A DNA stretch of 63,473 bases, filler included, from Corallochytrium limacisporum Hawaii (taxonomy: Eukaryota; Protista; Pluriformea): NCBI GenBank assembly GCA_002811645.1. It is 5 parts of 5 records of this genome, joined end to end, with 100 filler letters (N's around TTAATTAATTAA, not from the genome) between each part and the next. Parts side by side here need not be neighbours in the genome. Positions count along the whole stretch, not along the records: positions 28,263 to 47,979 come from PDIP01000116.1; positions 48,080 to 56,592 come from PDIP01000279.1; 3 more parts are not named here. One strand, 5' to 3'. The notes under the pieces were generated by a model. It was not told where the DNA came from and searched no databases. It saw only the letters and a list, made by a program, of their open reading frames with translations. Shown here one piece after another: positions 44,818-55,460 of the stretch (positions are counted from its first letter, which is position 1; every line of letters begins with the position of its first letter). The translations under genes and the position numbers were made by a program.

Positions 44818-46677
44818 TTGAGCCTTTTGAACGGACTGGGTCAGGCAGGATAATAGAAAGTAAAAGCAGGTCCAGGGTCGTGCATCTGCTGACGACACGG
44901 GTGGCCGAGGATGAGCAAGACAGGGCCCGTGTAAATGTTGGCCCTCCCCGAATCCCCCACCCTCCCTGATTCTCGTGGTGGGTTGCCCCTCCATTTTCTT
45001 CTTTATCGCGCATCTAAGTTTTTTTTTTCCTTTCTAAAAATTGCTATTGTTGTGCCTTCGCGCCCTCCACGTACCCCCCCCCGGGTTTTTTAGGCCCCCC
45101 TCTGTGTTTGTTTTGTCCTTGACCCTTTTTCCTCTTTCCTTTCGGGCAGTGTTTACCTTTGGGGCAGTCCTGGATGTTCTGCCGTTCGGTTTTCTCTATC
45201 GCAGAGCTGATCCAAAAATAGATACTGAACAGAAGAAAGGAGTCAGGCCCTTATTTGATCATACACCTTGTACAATTGTGGTTCCGTGTTGCGTGTACTT
45301 CTCGATACAGCAGGGAGGGGGGGCGAAGTTGCTATCGGACACGTAACAAGATCTTCCAATACGCTTCTTCGATGGGTTCTATTCATACAATCTTCATACT
45401 GAAATGGACAAGGGGATGTTGGAAGACCTATAAAAGTCAGTTGGAGAAAAACGGAGCGTCGCACCCACCAATATCAGATCCCCCACCTCCAAGCCCTTTA
45501 ATAATGATAATCAGGGGCCTAATTTTCACACAACTTCACATGTTTAATACTGAAAGTACCAATGTTTAGGGGTCTGTTTTGCATCTGCGCGTATTGCTGG
45601 GAATGTGATGGGTCGGACATACTGCAGCGGTGGTCTTTCCACCGAACGTGTGTGGTCATCAAGAAAATCATAGTCGCGGGCCTGGGCTGAGCTCTTGCCT
45701 ATCGTTCGTCCCGATTTCTCGTGCGAGCTCTGCCAAAGTGCGAGCTCGGGTTGAAGGCTAGTTTCATCGTTACAGATGCTGAACTGTCATTCGGACAAGG
45801 GTTCAGATCCCCTACATGTCAAAGGTGACAGGTGCAAAGCGCTGTCGAACCCCGATCTGCCGTTCGGTATCTAATCGTTCCTTTGTCGTTCTCTATCTAG
45901 GTGGCAGACGGGTTTCAAATGGGCAAGTCAGGGTACGAACGCCTTTCGCGGTGCGGGCGTTTTGCTACCGCCTTGTCCAGTTGTTGAGTTTTACACGATG
46001 CGCTGCGCTCGGTAGATGCCCCTTCGAAACGATGGAACCCCCCACGCGGATTACTGCGAATTGAATACCACCGCCCAAAAACCCTGTGACCTGGAGCAAT
46101 ACGGTCAACCCCCCACAGGCCCCTCTTCAATACCGCAAGCTGCCGTTGCGCCTCCCCGCAACAGCCAGACGCTGCGCTCGAAAGCAAAATCTCTATCGGT
46201 GACGACCACATCGTCCATCTGGTCCCTCAACTACTACGCGCCCACCCGAAACAGATGGTCGAATAAACTCTTGGCATTTCAAAAGCTTCATTGCCCAGCC
46301 AATTAGCTGGGAGCCCCACACATTCCTTTCAGAACCGTGCCAGTAGCGTACTCGGCGGCCACTCGAGAACGCTCTCGGTGATCTTCGCTTTTTTGTCGGA
46401 GACACCGAGAGCTTTGCACAGTACTTACCGGAAAGCGAAAAGAAAATTACCAGAGGAATGTTTTCCAGTGATCTTCTAAACGCCGGCTCACCAATCGGAA
46501 TTGGTACCATGCATATAGACATCCTCGGAAGAATATGAAGTTAGTATGAAGCTTTATCAAAGGGTTTGACACCACACCGTGCAAACGCCACATGAGCCAG
46601 TGGCTCCTGTGTGCGCCACAATAAAATAGGCCCCCATGAGGAGAAATTAGGACCCCGCCAGGACACCATACGGATGG

Positions 46678-47583
46678 TCAATTCTGCAGGATCCACTCAA
46701 CCGCCTCATTGAAGGCATCGGCTGTATGATCCGGTGGGTGCTCTTCTTTAGTTTCATCGCCAGGACGATATTTTCCGGTGCGAACCAGTACGCCGCGCAT
46801 TCCTAAGCGGCGCGCTCCTGCAATATCGTCCCTGGCGTCATCGCCGATCATGTATACCGACTGAAGCGTTTCCTTGTTACTCGTCCCTCCAGAAACGCCC
46901 AGAGACACCAGTGCGCGATTGAAAAATGGCTCGGACGGTTTGCCCAGTGTCTCTGCCTGTTTCCCGGTGGAGAACTCGAGACCTTTGATGATGGCTCCGG
47001 GGCCAAGAGCAAGTCCGTCTGGACGCTTGAAGTACCGACCCTGGTGGGCCGCGATGAGAGGCACTTCTGGCTCCAGCAGAGCACGCATGGCTTCGGTCAG
47101 TCGCTCATAATGAAATTCGTCTGGTGCTAGACCCATCACTACAGCATCGTAGTTCTTGTCGGCGCCGTCCGATCTGTCCTTCTTTAGGTGGGCAAAGTCC
47201 TTCTGAGCATCCTCGCTGAGGAGCAGCAGTGGGTTCTCTTTCCCATTGGCTTCTACCCATTCGGCACACGCGGTTAACGATGTATACACCTTCTCTTCCG
47301 GGATTTCGAGCCCTGCATCCTGCAGTTTCTTTAAGAGGCTGGTCTTGGATTCCTTGGTTGTGTTGGACAGAAAGAGATGTGGGACATTGCTTTCACGCAG
47401 CCTTGCTAGGCCCTCCGCAACACCGGGCAAGACTTCTGTATCCACATGAATTGTACCTGATAGGTCAATGAGCACGGCTATTGGTTTAACCATGTCAGCA
47501 AAGAATTCAGAAGCTCGGAGTGTCTCTTGTGACTCGCCATGGACTACTGAGGTGAACAAGTGCCTCCGAGCGAATCGTAGCAT
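46678..47583 (-). CDS. HDHD2: HAD subfamily IIA hydrolase, HDHD2/LHPP type
   Basis: DLSGT motif I, SNTTKES, RYFKRPDGLALGPG, GKP and MIGDD...D. Confidence 0.92.
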   Translation of the reverse strand: MLRFARRHLFTSVVHGESQETLRASEFFADMVKPIAVLIDLSGTIHVDTEVLPGVAEGLARLRESNVPHLFLSNTTKESKTSLLKKLQDAGLEIPEEKVYTSLTACAEWVEANGKENPLLLLSEDAQKDFAHLKKDRSDGADKNYDAVVMGLAPDEFHYERLTEAMRALLEPEVPLIAAHQGRYFKRPDGLALGPGAIIKGLEFSTGKQAETLGKPSEPFFNRALVSLGVSGGTSNKETLQSVYMIGDDARDDIAGARRLGMRGVLVRTGKYRPGDETKEEHPPDHTADAFNEAVEWILQN

Positions 47584-47979
47584 TTCACATTTCTCAGTGG
47601 CCCCTTAGTGTTAACTGTTCTCATGACCTTTTTGCATGCGTCTCAGAGCTTCAGTCTTTCATGCGGGCTGAAGTAGCAGAATTGACGCCACGCGCGGAAC
47701 CGCGAACCCGACGAAACGTTAGGCGAGTCCCTGGCATTCGATCGAGTTCCCAATCAAGAACTTGAATCACCACGATCAGCAGGTGCTGGAATGCATAAGA
47801 AATTCGCCAAGGCGAGGGGGGGGGCTGGTGGACGTCTCGCCCGTACTAAATGCTCTCGGTTGCTCGGGAGTCCATTTTCTTGGTTTCTGACGTGTATGCG
47901 TATGTTTATGTTATTTTGTCTGGAGCTGCGACTGCTCAGCTGCCTCCTCCCTTCGCCTCCTCTCTTCCCCCCCCCCCCC

Positions 47980-48079
47980 NNNNNNNNNNNNNNNNNNNNN
48001 NNNNNNNNNNNNNNNNNNNNNNNTTAATTAATTAANNNNNNNNNNNNNNNNNNNNNNNNNNNNNNNNNNNNNNNNNNNN
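47980..48079. other. Scaffolding linker N44-TTAATTAATTAA-N44 (artefact)
   Basis: Same 100-bp construct. Confidence 0.97.
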
Positions 48080-48875
48080 CCCCCCCGCCCACTTCCCTTC
48101 CCTCCCTGTTTCTCCGCCGTGCATGTCCTGTCGTGGCTCCCTATGGAACGGAAAGATCTCTACGTGGGGCCGCCATTTGTAACACAGTCACCGCATTAAC
48201 TCACCAGGAGGTCCCGTTCAATAGTCGTTGGCTCGGTTTTCGGCAACTCAGGGGGTACACTTTTCGGGAGTGCAGGTTGATCCGAAATCTGCGCAACGTA
48301 CGAAGGGCACGACCTCGTCGCACTCGCACGTCAAAAGATACCCAGCCAGCCACAAGGCCGCACAACCAAGGTGATGCAGAATTGAGGGAGTATTGGAAGA
48401 ATGGGCCACTATGATCGATGGCGAGGAATCCAAGTCTCACACTCTTCCCACCGTCCCGCACCACCAATTGACCTATTTTAAAAATATCCGTATAATTTAT
48501 ACAAGCTATATTACATATTAAAATAAATTTATGAAAATATAATATATAGAATCCCGTATATATGGGGTTGACTTGTGACTATGCGGGGACTGAACACGGA
48601 AGTCCCTACAGGTGTCAAAAATTGTGGGCTATTTTAATATACGGTATATTTATATTTGCTGGCTCACTGGTCGCTGACCGAGCACAAAAAATTGCGGAGT
48701 TGCCATATTTGTCGACGGAGGACGATCGCACCTGCGCGGGCAAAGCAAAGGCGGGGAGAGGGGTATGCGCCGCCGTCTTCGCAATGTGCCCCGCCGTCTC
48801 CAGGGGGTTACAAGCAGCCCCCGATTGGAGGTCTAAGGAGCACTCGCTCCAATCTCCTTCAAACAGTACAAGACA

Positions 48876-51167
48876 TTAGACCCCAATGACCAGTTCTACG
48901 CTCACTTCCAGAGGCGTGAGTGTACCGTACGCTTCAGCGCTTGGCACGTTCTCCAACGGTGCGGGTCCGGGAACAATGCCAAATATCAAGTCAATGCCGC
49001 CGTTCTGCTGCTCCGGGTCACGACGAATGGTGCAAGGACAGGCCGATTCGTCTTCTGCTCCGGTACAGACCGCGGGCGTACACACCAGCGCGTCAGAACC
49101 GATCACAACACCACTATTGCGCTCCCTGACTTCCTTCACCTGGACAAAGTTCGGACCGTCGATGACGTTGTTGCCAACGGGATCAACCCGCAGGACATGG
49201 AAGACGACTTCTCCCTCCACATATGCGCGTGTTGCATCGTCGATGATAGTATACGTATACTCTCGTACATCAGTGTCGTCATCATTCCCATCAACTATTT
49301 CCTCTTCGGCCATGAACGCGGTGGTGATGGTGAACCGCGTGTCGGCAACATCATCTGCGCGTATATCCGGTGATTCAAGGGCCAGAATCGGGGACTGCGT
49401 CACCACAGTAGTGTCGTCAGGCAGCTGCAAGGTAGGAGCAGCCGGTTCAGCATCTACAGTACCTTCATCGCATTCTGCACAACCCTCAGCTTCTGCGGAT
49501 GTACGGCAGCGTAGCTGCAAAGGTGTCAGGGCTCCGTCAACTGGAGGAGATGGCTGTGGGACAACGTCTACATCGTTCAGGCCTTCTGTGTCGTCAGCTG
49601 CCGAGTTGGTGAATACTATGGTCTGGAAACAGTCTTGCTGCTCACCGTCGCCAATTTCATCGCACTGCCCATCTGTCCCGGTCGACTGATCGGCGTCGAC
49701 CACAAAACCAGGAACAGAGAGACCCAGGCGCCCATCATTGACATCAACTGCGTACACGGTACCACCGATCCGGGTCTGAACGGTCACACTGGCACCTCCA
49801 CGAAGAGTAGAGGAGTACGCAGTAATCACAGTGTCAAGAGCGCGTTCACTTGTGCACGCCGGGTTGTCGAGTGGGTCTTCCTCGTCGTCTGCAGGAGGGT
49901 TGGCTGGATCGTCTCCGTTGTCTTCATCATTGGGATCTCCATCGCCATCGTTGACCACAGTCTGACATCGGCGACCCCCATCACCTTCGACAGCAACCGC
50001 CTCGGTCCCTTCCGGGCATTCCGTCACGCATGAACCGGATGTGGGATCATAAGCTTCGCTATTCTCCGCCGCACAGACGCAGATAGCCACGGTGTCGTCT
50101 TCTTCACTTCGTGCCTTCGAAGCTCCCTCTGCTGCACAGATGCAATAGGAGTCATCTCCAGGCAGAAGGGTGGTGAAGGCTTCATTAGCAATGGTCCACT
50201 CGCCCGGGCAGGCGCAATTGCCGTCGTTGGTGGCCTCCAAGGCCGGGTGACAGACGCAGAGAGACGATGTGGTTGGGTCCGACGCAGCGACTGTCTCAGA
50301 TGGGTCCAGAACAAACAGCGGGCCGTAATTTCCTCCTATGCCGGAGTCCGATGAGCCAAAATCGAAGGAAGCATCCCACGCTAACTCGGTGAAAGCGAAG
50401 GGGCCTGCCCCCTCGGTCTCCTCCTCGTCGTCATCATCTGTGCTAGCGAAGCGATAATTTTGGAAGCGAACATCGAGGCAGGCTGGGAAGACGCCACTCA
50501 GATCCATGGACCGAAGGTTCTCGAGTCCAACAAAGGGTTCGAATGATAGCCCACGAGCATTCTCTTCGCGAAGCAGTGGTTGCTGCTGATCACCCTCTGC
50601 TCCTTGATCTGTCTCCGCTTCTTGATCTCCTTCTGTGTCTTCATCTGCAGCACCGTCGCCGTCTTCTTCTGTTATCGGCTGCGGAACATTGCCATCCTCA
50701 TCAGTGATGACTCCAAAGGCGTTGTCCCTGAGCACGACTCGGTTGAGAATCAGCCTGAGGTCAGTCGTGCTTATGACCTGTTCTTCGTTGTCCTGACCGG
50801 TCCCGGGCTCCTCAGGCATACACTCCTGCAGGACCTCCGGTACCTGATCCAGCGCTGCGGTTAGGGCATCTAAGTAGTCCGCCAATTTCCCGAGGTCCGC
50901 ACCAAATGAAGTGTATCCACCATCCTCGCCAGTCTTTGTGGGATCACATGTTGATTGCTGGCAATTCAGTTCCATTTCTGTGGCATTATTTGGGTTACAT
51001 CGAAGGAGACATTGGTCCCAATTCTGGAGTATCCGATCATTCCGTTGCACACATCCAATACCAAGTTCAGTGAGAGTCACTTCGATTATGTCTTCCTGCT
51101 GCTGCTGTTGGGCATGAGCTAACGGCCATGCAGCTATGAACAATGCAGCCACAGTGCCTGACTTCAT
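48876..51167 (-). CDS. Secreted, highly acidic Cys-rich protein (LRR-like fragments, CxC repeats, beta-rich C-terminal module)
   Basis: Signal peptide MKSGTVAALFIAAWPLAHA; D/E-rich with only about 5 Lys in 763 aa; CVC/CAC/CIC/CVC repeats; no TM. Confidence 0.85.
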   Translation of the reverse strand: MKSGTVAALFIAAWPLAHAQQQQQEDIIEVTLTELGIGCVQRNDRILQNWDQCLLRCNPNNATEMELNCQQSTCDPTKTGEDGGYTSFGADLGKLADYLDALTAALDQVPEVLQECMPEEPGTGQDNEEQVISTTDLRLILNRVVLRDNAFGVITDEDGNVPQPITEEDGDGAADEDTEGDQEAETDQGAEGDQQQPLLREENARGLSFEPFVGLENLRSMDLSGVFPACLDVRFQNYRFASTDDDDEEETEGAGPFAFTELAWDASFDFGSSDSGIGGNYGPLFVLDPSETVAASDPTTSSLCVCHPALEATNDGNCACPGEWTIANEAFTTLLPGDDSYCICAAEGASKARSEEDDTVAICVCAAENSEAYDPTSGSCVTECPEGTEAVAVEGDGGRRCQTVVNDGDGDPNDEDNGDDPANPPADDEEDPLDNPACTSERALDTVITAYSSTLRGGASVTVQTRIGGTVYAVDVNDGRLGLSVPGFVVDADQSTGTDGQCDEIGDGEQQDCFQTIVFTNSAADDTEGLNDVDVVPQPSPPVDGALTPLQLRCRTSAEAEGCAECDEGTVDAEPAAPTLQLPDDTTVVTQSPILALESPDIRADDVADTRFTITTAFMAEEEIVDGNDDDTDVREYTYTIIDDATRAYVEGEVVFHVLRVDPVGNNVIDGPNFVQVKEVRERNSGVVIGSDALVCTPAVCTGAEDESACPCTIRRDPEQQNGGIDLIFGIVPGPAPLENVPSAEAYGTLTPLEVSVELVIGV

Positions 51168-52814
51168 TGTGCTTGGTATGCTTCTCGTGGTGATGAGCTA
51201 CTACGAACTGTTGGTTTCTACTAATGTTACTCCTATGGTTTGCCCCGGCGACTACCACAATCTACGTCTTATTTCTTCATATCGTATCGCAAGAGATTCT
51301 AATTAATGCAGTGGGACACAAAAATTCAAAGATTTGTGTACGGGGATGCATTCTGCTGATCATCCGTCTCTTCACATACCATTCCGCTGTACCCAAACGG
51401 ACACAAGTACACGGTCTACACCACCTTTCCCCCCTCCCCCCTCTTTTCATTCCCTTTCGTTTTCTCCTTGGTTCTCCGTTTCCGGTGCAGGAGAGGGGTG
51501 GAATTTTGTTCGCCCTGCGATCGAGAAAACCGGTGCGTTGGCAGTGTGTGGTGCCCGACGGACAGGAGAAAGTGCAGCACTGCAACAAATTCGCACTAGA
51601 AAAAGACCTCGCTCTGCTCAGGGGAGAACAAGCGAAGGTGGAGGGGGGGGGGGAAGGGGAGGCGAGCCAATCGCCGGGAATGCTTGAACGGAGAGGAAAG
51701 AGGAAATTTGCATGACAGGGGCCGTCGAGACTTCCCCCTCCCAACCTGGTACGAGAGCAAGCAATGGAGTACAAGGGGGGGGACCCAAAACATACGGAAA
51801 GAAGGCAAAAAAAACCAGTGCACGAAAACTCAGGAGCCCCGAGGAAGGGTGGACAGAAGAAGGCCATTTTTGGATCGTTGGGAGGAATACAGAACACTCT
51901 CAGGTCCATGGATTGATGCCTTTCCCCTGTTTTTTCTTTCGTTTTGGATGAGGGCACATCGGGGCGGGGTCCGTTTGTGAGACAGAGAGGGGTCGGTGGA
52001 TGTATTTGCTTTGTGTACGGTCCAACGGTCCTCGCCTACGGAAAACGTTCTTGGCTAACGTGCTTTCATTATCGTGCGTGTGGTTATACTGACGTGCACT
52101 GGGCGAGAGCGGAAAGGAAGAAGAGTGGGGGACGGACTTGTGACTGACTGCTGCCAGTAGAAAAGAAAGTCCTTTCCCAGAACTTCCAATGAAAGTCGCA
52201 CCGAACGAATGTAAGATAACATTGCCCTTCATCGTAAATATAAAACTAAATACATGTTAATAAAGTCTTTCAGCACATATGAATTCTATAAACAATCTCC
52301 AAAACACAGGAGCTGTGGAGATCCCGTCAGATTCAGTAAAGGTGGCTTACAAGGTTGGCGAATTTGCTTGATATCCACAAGCCCATCGCATTTTTATGAT
52401 CGCTCTACTCATCTATTATGCTCATTCATCTGCATTGTCCTGTGGTCACTGATATACTATTGCTACAATGATTTACGCAAACTTAAGCATTGATCGTTAT
52501 TGTAATACTTTATGTGTCAAATTGGATTGGGAATTGTAAAATTCAATTTGTTTATCATTGTCCAGGGTGAATTAAATTAAAACGCCGAAATTCCAGATGC
52601 TTTCTTGAGGATGCGCTAGTGCTATACAAACTCGTCTTTGGGAAGACCAATACATATCAGAGCATGCAATTTGACACTGCTTTAGGGTATTTTGACGGTG
52701 AAATTGCCCACACATCATAATCCAATGAAACTGATCCATTGGGGCGATATCAAGTTCTGCGCATGGAAACTTAAATACGACGAATTCAAACTGAATTGTA
52801 TTCACAGCTTCTTA

Positions 52815-55460
52815 TCAGAGTTTGAGGTTTTCAAGATCTGTTAGCGATGCCAGGGACGTGTTCCCTGTGTCCGTCATTCTTATGGGGCTTGCTGTGCTCG
52901 ATGTTGAAGAGAGGTCTGGTTCTTTTCCCTTTCCAGAAGCCATTTTCTCTTCGTCAGCGCCTGGGGGTTTGTACGCAGGTACTGGAGCTGCAATTACTGT
53001 TGGCGTTTGTGCCATCTTTGGCTTACCCTCCGCCGCCTTGGCCGTCTCGAGTGTCGCACCTCCCTCAGCGTCATTGTCGTCCTTTCCCTCGCCCTTCGTC
53101 CTGCGATGCTTGACGTAGGCAACAATAGCACCAACAATAAGGATCAAACCCACTGCTGTACACACCGAGGCAATGATGGCTATCTCACTAGCCTTGTCAT
53201 CCCCGTTGGCTGCATCCACATACTGGTCAGCAGTTAGAACGCGCAGAGTTTGACTAGCTCCCATCCATTTGGCCTCCCGCGGAACGGTGATACCACCAAG
53301 GACATCGTCATCCATGTTCTCTCTGCGGGCACGATAGCCGTCACCAACTTCCGTTCCATCTGTGAAATTGGCCACTCTGGTTTGCGTGAGATAGACATCG
53401 ACCAAAAAATATACAGACAGCGACCGTAATTCACCTGGCACCGATGGACCCAAAACCTCCGGGTTCTTCCACGAACTCTCCAAGAGCGGCACCTCAAGGA
53501 ACAGGCAGTCCGCGTTTGGATGCTGTAAACCCACCACGAAATCACCGCAGGTCGGTACTGTGGTGCCATTGTTCAAGAAAGCATCCGCATCTTCGTCGTA
53601 GTACAGGGAGGACAACACAATCTCCGGCTTCGGCAAAGTACTTAAATCAAAGTATGATGTGCAGATGTCTGGTTCAGAAAGTGGGTTCTCCCCTTGCGTT
53701 AGTTCCCGCCTGCATGCATAGACCTCTTCGATGGTCATATCCTGCACTGCAAGCGGACTATCAGTGGACAGAACAGGCTGGAGGACATAGGTCGGCAAGT
53801 AGGCCAGGGGCTGTCCCTCATACGAGCTGCCCAGAGAACCGTCGCCCGGTGGTAGTACCTCACGAGAAGATGTATCCTCACCTGTGTCAGTCACGAACAG
53901 GAAGCTGTCCTGAGCGGAGTACTGTCCCGAGCTGACTGAGAGAGTGGGCGTAACCTCGACCTTTTCTACTGCACTACTTTTGCCCAGTAGGAGAACGTTA
54001 GTATTGCAGAAGGCTGCGGCATTGATTAAGATGTTAAAAGAGGGCACAGGTGCCACAGCGGCATCTGTGTCATCGAGCACGCACCTACCAATTTCACTGG
54101 CCTCTGGACGGCATTTGGCAAGCAAATTGCTCAACCGGAGTTCTACTTCTTCGACGCTTTCGGTGGAGTACGTGATATTGTCGCTATTGTTCCCCCCGTT
54201 GCCCAGCTCCTGTCCCACCAGAGAGCAGAATTGGGCCCGATCGAGCTCCAATTCCACAAGCTCCACACACAGAGACCGTGGCTGTTCACCGCAGTTTGAG
54301 CCATCTACAGAGGTGACCGCTGTGTCTTCCTGAATGCGGGAAACGCGGGTAGTTACGTTTAGTGCTTTGTTTTCTTCAGGTTCCACGAGAAGGTCATTTC
54401 GGTTGTCTTCATTGTTGCCAGTGCTCACGGTGTTGTCAATGCCATCTGTGGCAGTTGGATCACTGTCAGTAACATCTTCCAGCTCCTCCTCCTCCTCGGG
54501 TGCGCTAAATGGATACGCCATTACCACGCCAGATCCAGGTAGGAGACGGAATGGATATGGCACAGAAGTCTGAAAGGTCAGGGTGACCCGGTCATTATTC
54601 CGTCCCGGTGGATAGATCTCAACTGAGTGGACGCCAATGTCCATAGGTACCAGGTCTGGGCGATCCTCTAGTTCGTCACTGACAAAGACAATTTTCTCCT
54701 CAATGCCAGCAGCATTTTCGAATCCATTGTTGGTGATATCGTTGGCATCGAGTTCAAGAGAAAATTCGACGAATTCATGTTGCACGCGGCGCACACTTTG
54801 TCCTTCAAATGGACCCACGACGTCCTCACTGCCGACACCCATCACCACATCTGTGGCATGTTCCAGAGCGGCAATGAATCCCAGGCTCACGCGTTTCGTC
54901 TGAGCGTTTACTGTCACCGAGCTGGCACAGGTCAACAGGTCCTTCGGTGCCAAACTTACTTCGATATAACCCTTGCACTGCGCGTCAACGTATCGCCGTG
55001 GTGCGTATTCCCCACTGCCGCAAAGTTCACAGGCTTCTCTTCCGTCGACATTAATCTGCTCGCCAACAAGACGGCAGAGCACATCCAGCTCTTCCTCTGC
55101 CGCTAGGGAGCGAGTGTGGTCTGTTCCGACCAAATCAATAGCCACAGTGGAGCGGCCATTGATGAGATCATTTCGAAAAGTCAAGCTGATCGTTTGGACC
55201 AGATTTGGGTCCACTGGTGGGTTATCAAGAATGACAGACTCCAGAAAAGTTGCACCACCGCCCATTGAGTAGGATTGCCGTGCAAAGAATGACTCGGTAC
55301 CGATCGGATCGTCTCTCTGCTGTAAGTCTTCTGGACACAGAGTAAGACAACTACGATCTGTAAAATCGCAAGGGGTCTGTCCCACTGCGATGCCGAGCCA
55401 GAGGCACTGGCTGATTAACACTACAGAGCTAGGTTTTGTACGGCGGACCTGCATTTTCAT
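52815..55460 (-). CDS. Type-I membrane protein with acidic Cys-containing ectodomain, furin-type site and short cytoplasmic tail
   Basis: Signal-like ...CLWLGIAVG; RARR at 53333-53322; TM IAIIASVCTAVGLILIVGAIVAYV followed by KHRR. Confidence 0.87.
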   Translation of the reverse strand: MKMQVRRTKPSSVVLISQCLWLGIAVGQTPCDFTDRSCLTLCPEDLQQRDDPIGTESFFARQSYSMGGGATFLESVILDNPPVDPNLVQTISLTFRNDLINGRSTVAIDLVGTDHTRSLAAEEELDVLCRLVGEQINVDGREACELCGSGEYAPRRYVDAQCKGYIEVSLAPKDLLTCASSVTVNAQTKRVSLGFIAALEHATDVVMGVGSEDVVGPFEGQSVRRVQHEFVEFSLELDANDITNNGFENAAGIEEKIVFVSDELEDRPDLVPMDIGVHSVEIYPPGRNNDRVTLTFQTSVPYPFRLLPGSGVVMAYPFSAPEEEEELEDVTDSDPTATDGIDNTVSTGNNEDNRNDLLVEPEENKALNVTTRVSRIQEDTAVTSVDGSNCGEQPRSLCVELVELELDRAQFCSLVGQELGNGGNNSDNITYSTESVEEVELRLSNLLAKCRPEASEIGRCVLDDTDAAVAPVPSFNILINAAAFCNTNVLLLGKSSAVEKVEVTPTLSVSSGQYSAQDSFLFVTDTGEDTSSREVLPPGDGSLGSSYEGQPLAYLPTYVLQPVLSTDSPLAVQDMTIEEVYACRRELTQGENPLSEPDICTSYFDLSTLPKPEIVLSSLYYDEDADAFLNNGTTVPTCGDFVVGLQHPNADCLFLEVPLLESSWKNPEVLGPSVPGELRSLSVYFLVDVYLTQTRVANFTDGTEVGDGYRARRENMDDDVLGGITVPREAKWMGASQTLRVLTADQYVDAANGDDKASEIAIIASVCTAVGLILIVGAIVAYVKHRRTKGEGKDDNDAEGGATLETAKAAEGKPKMAQTPTVIAAPVPAYKPPGADEEKMASGKGKEPDLSSTSSTASPIRMTDTGNTSLASLTDLENLKL

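Noticed and set aside
46447-46677. 76 open codons after the HDHD2 TGA, with a small hairpin (readthrough or selenocysteine)
   Set aside because: Roughly a 3% chance per gene, so unremarkable among 18 genes; no TGA-CTA context, PTS1 or SECIS seen
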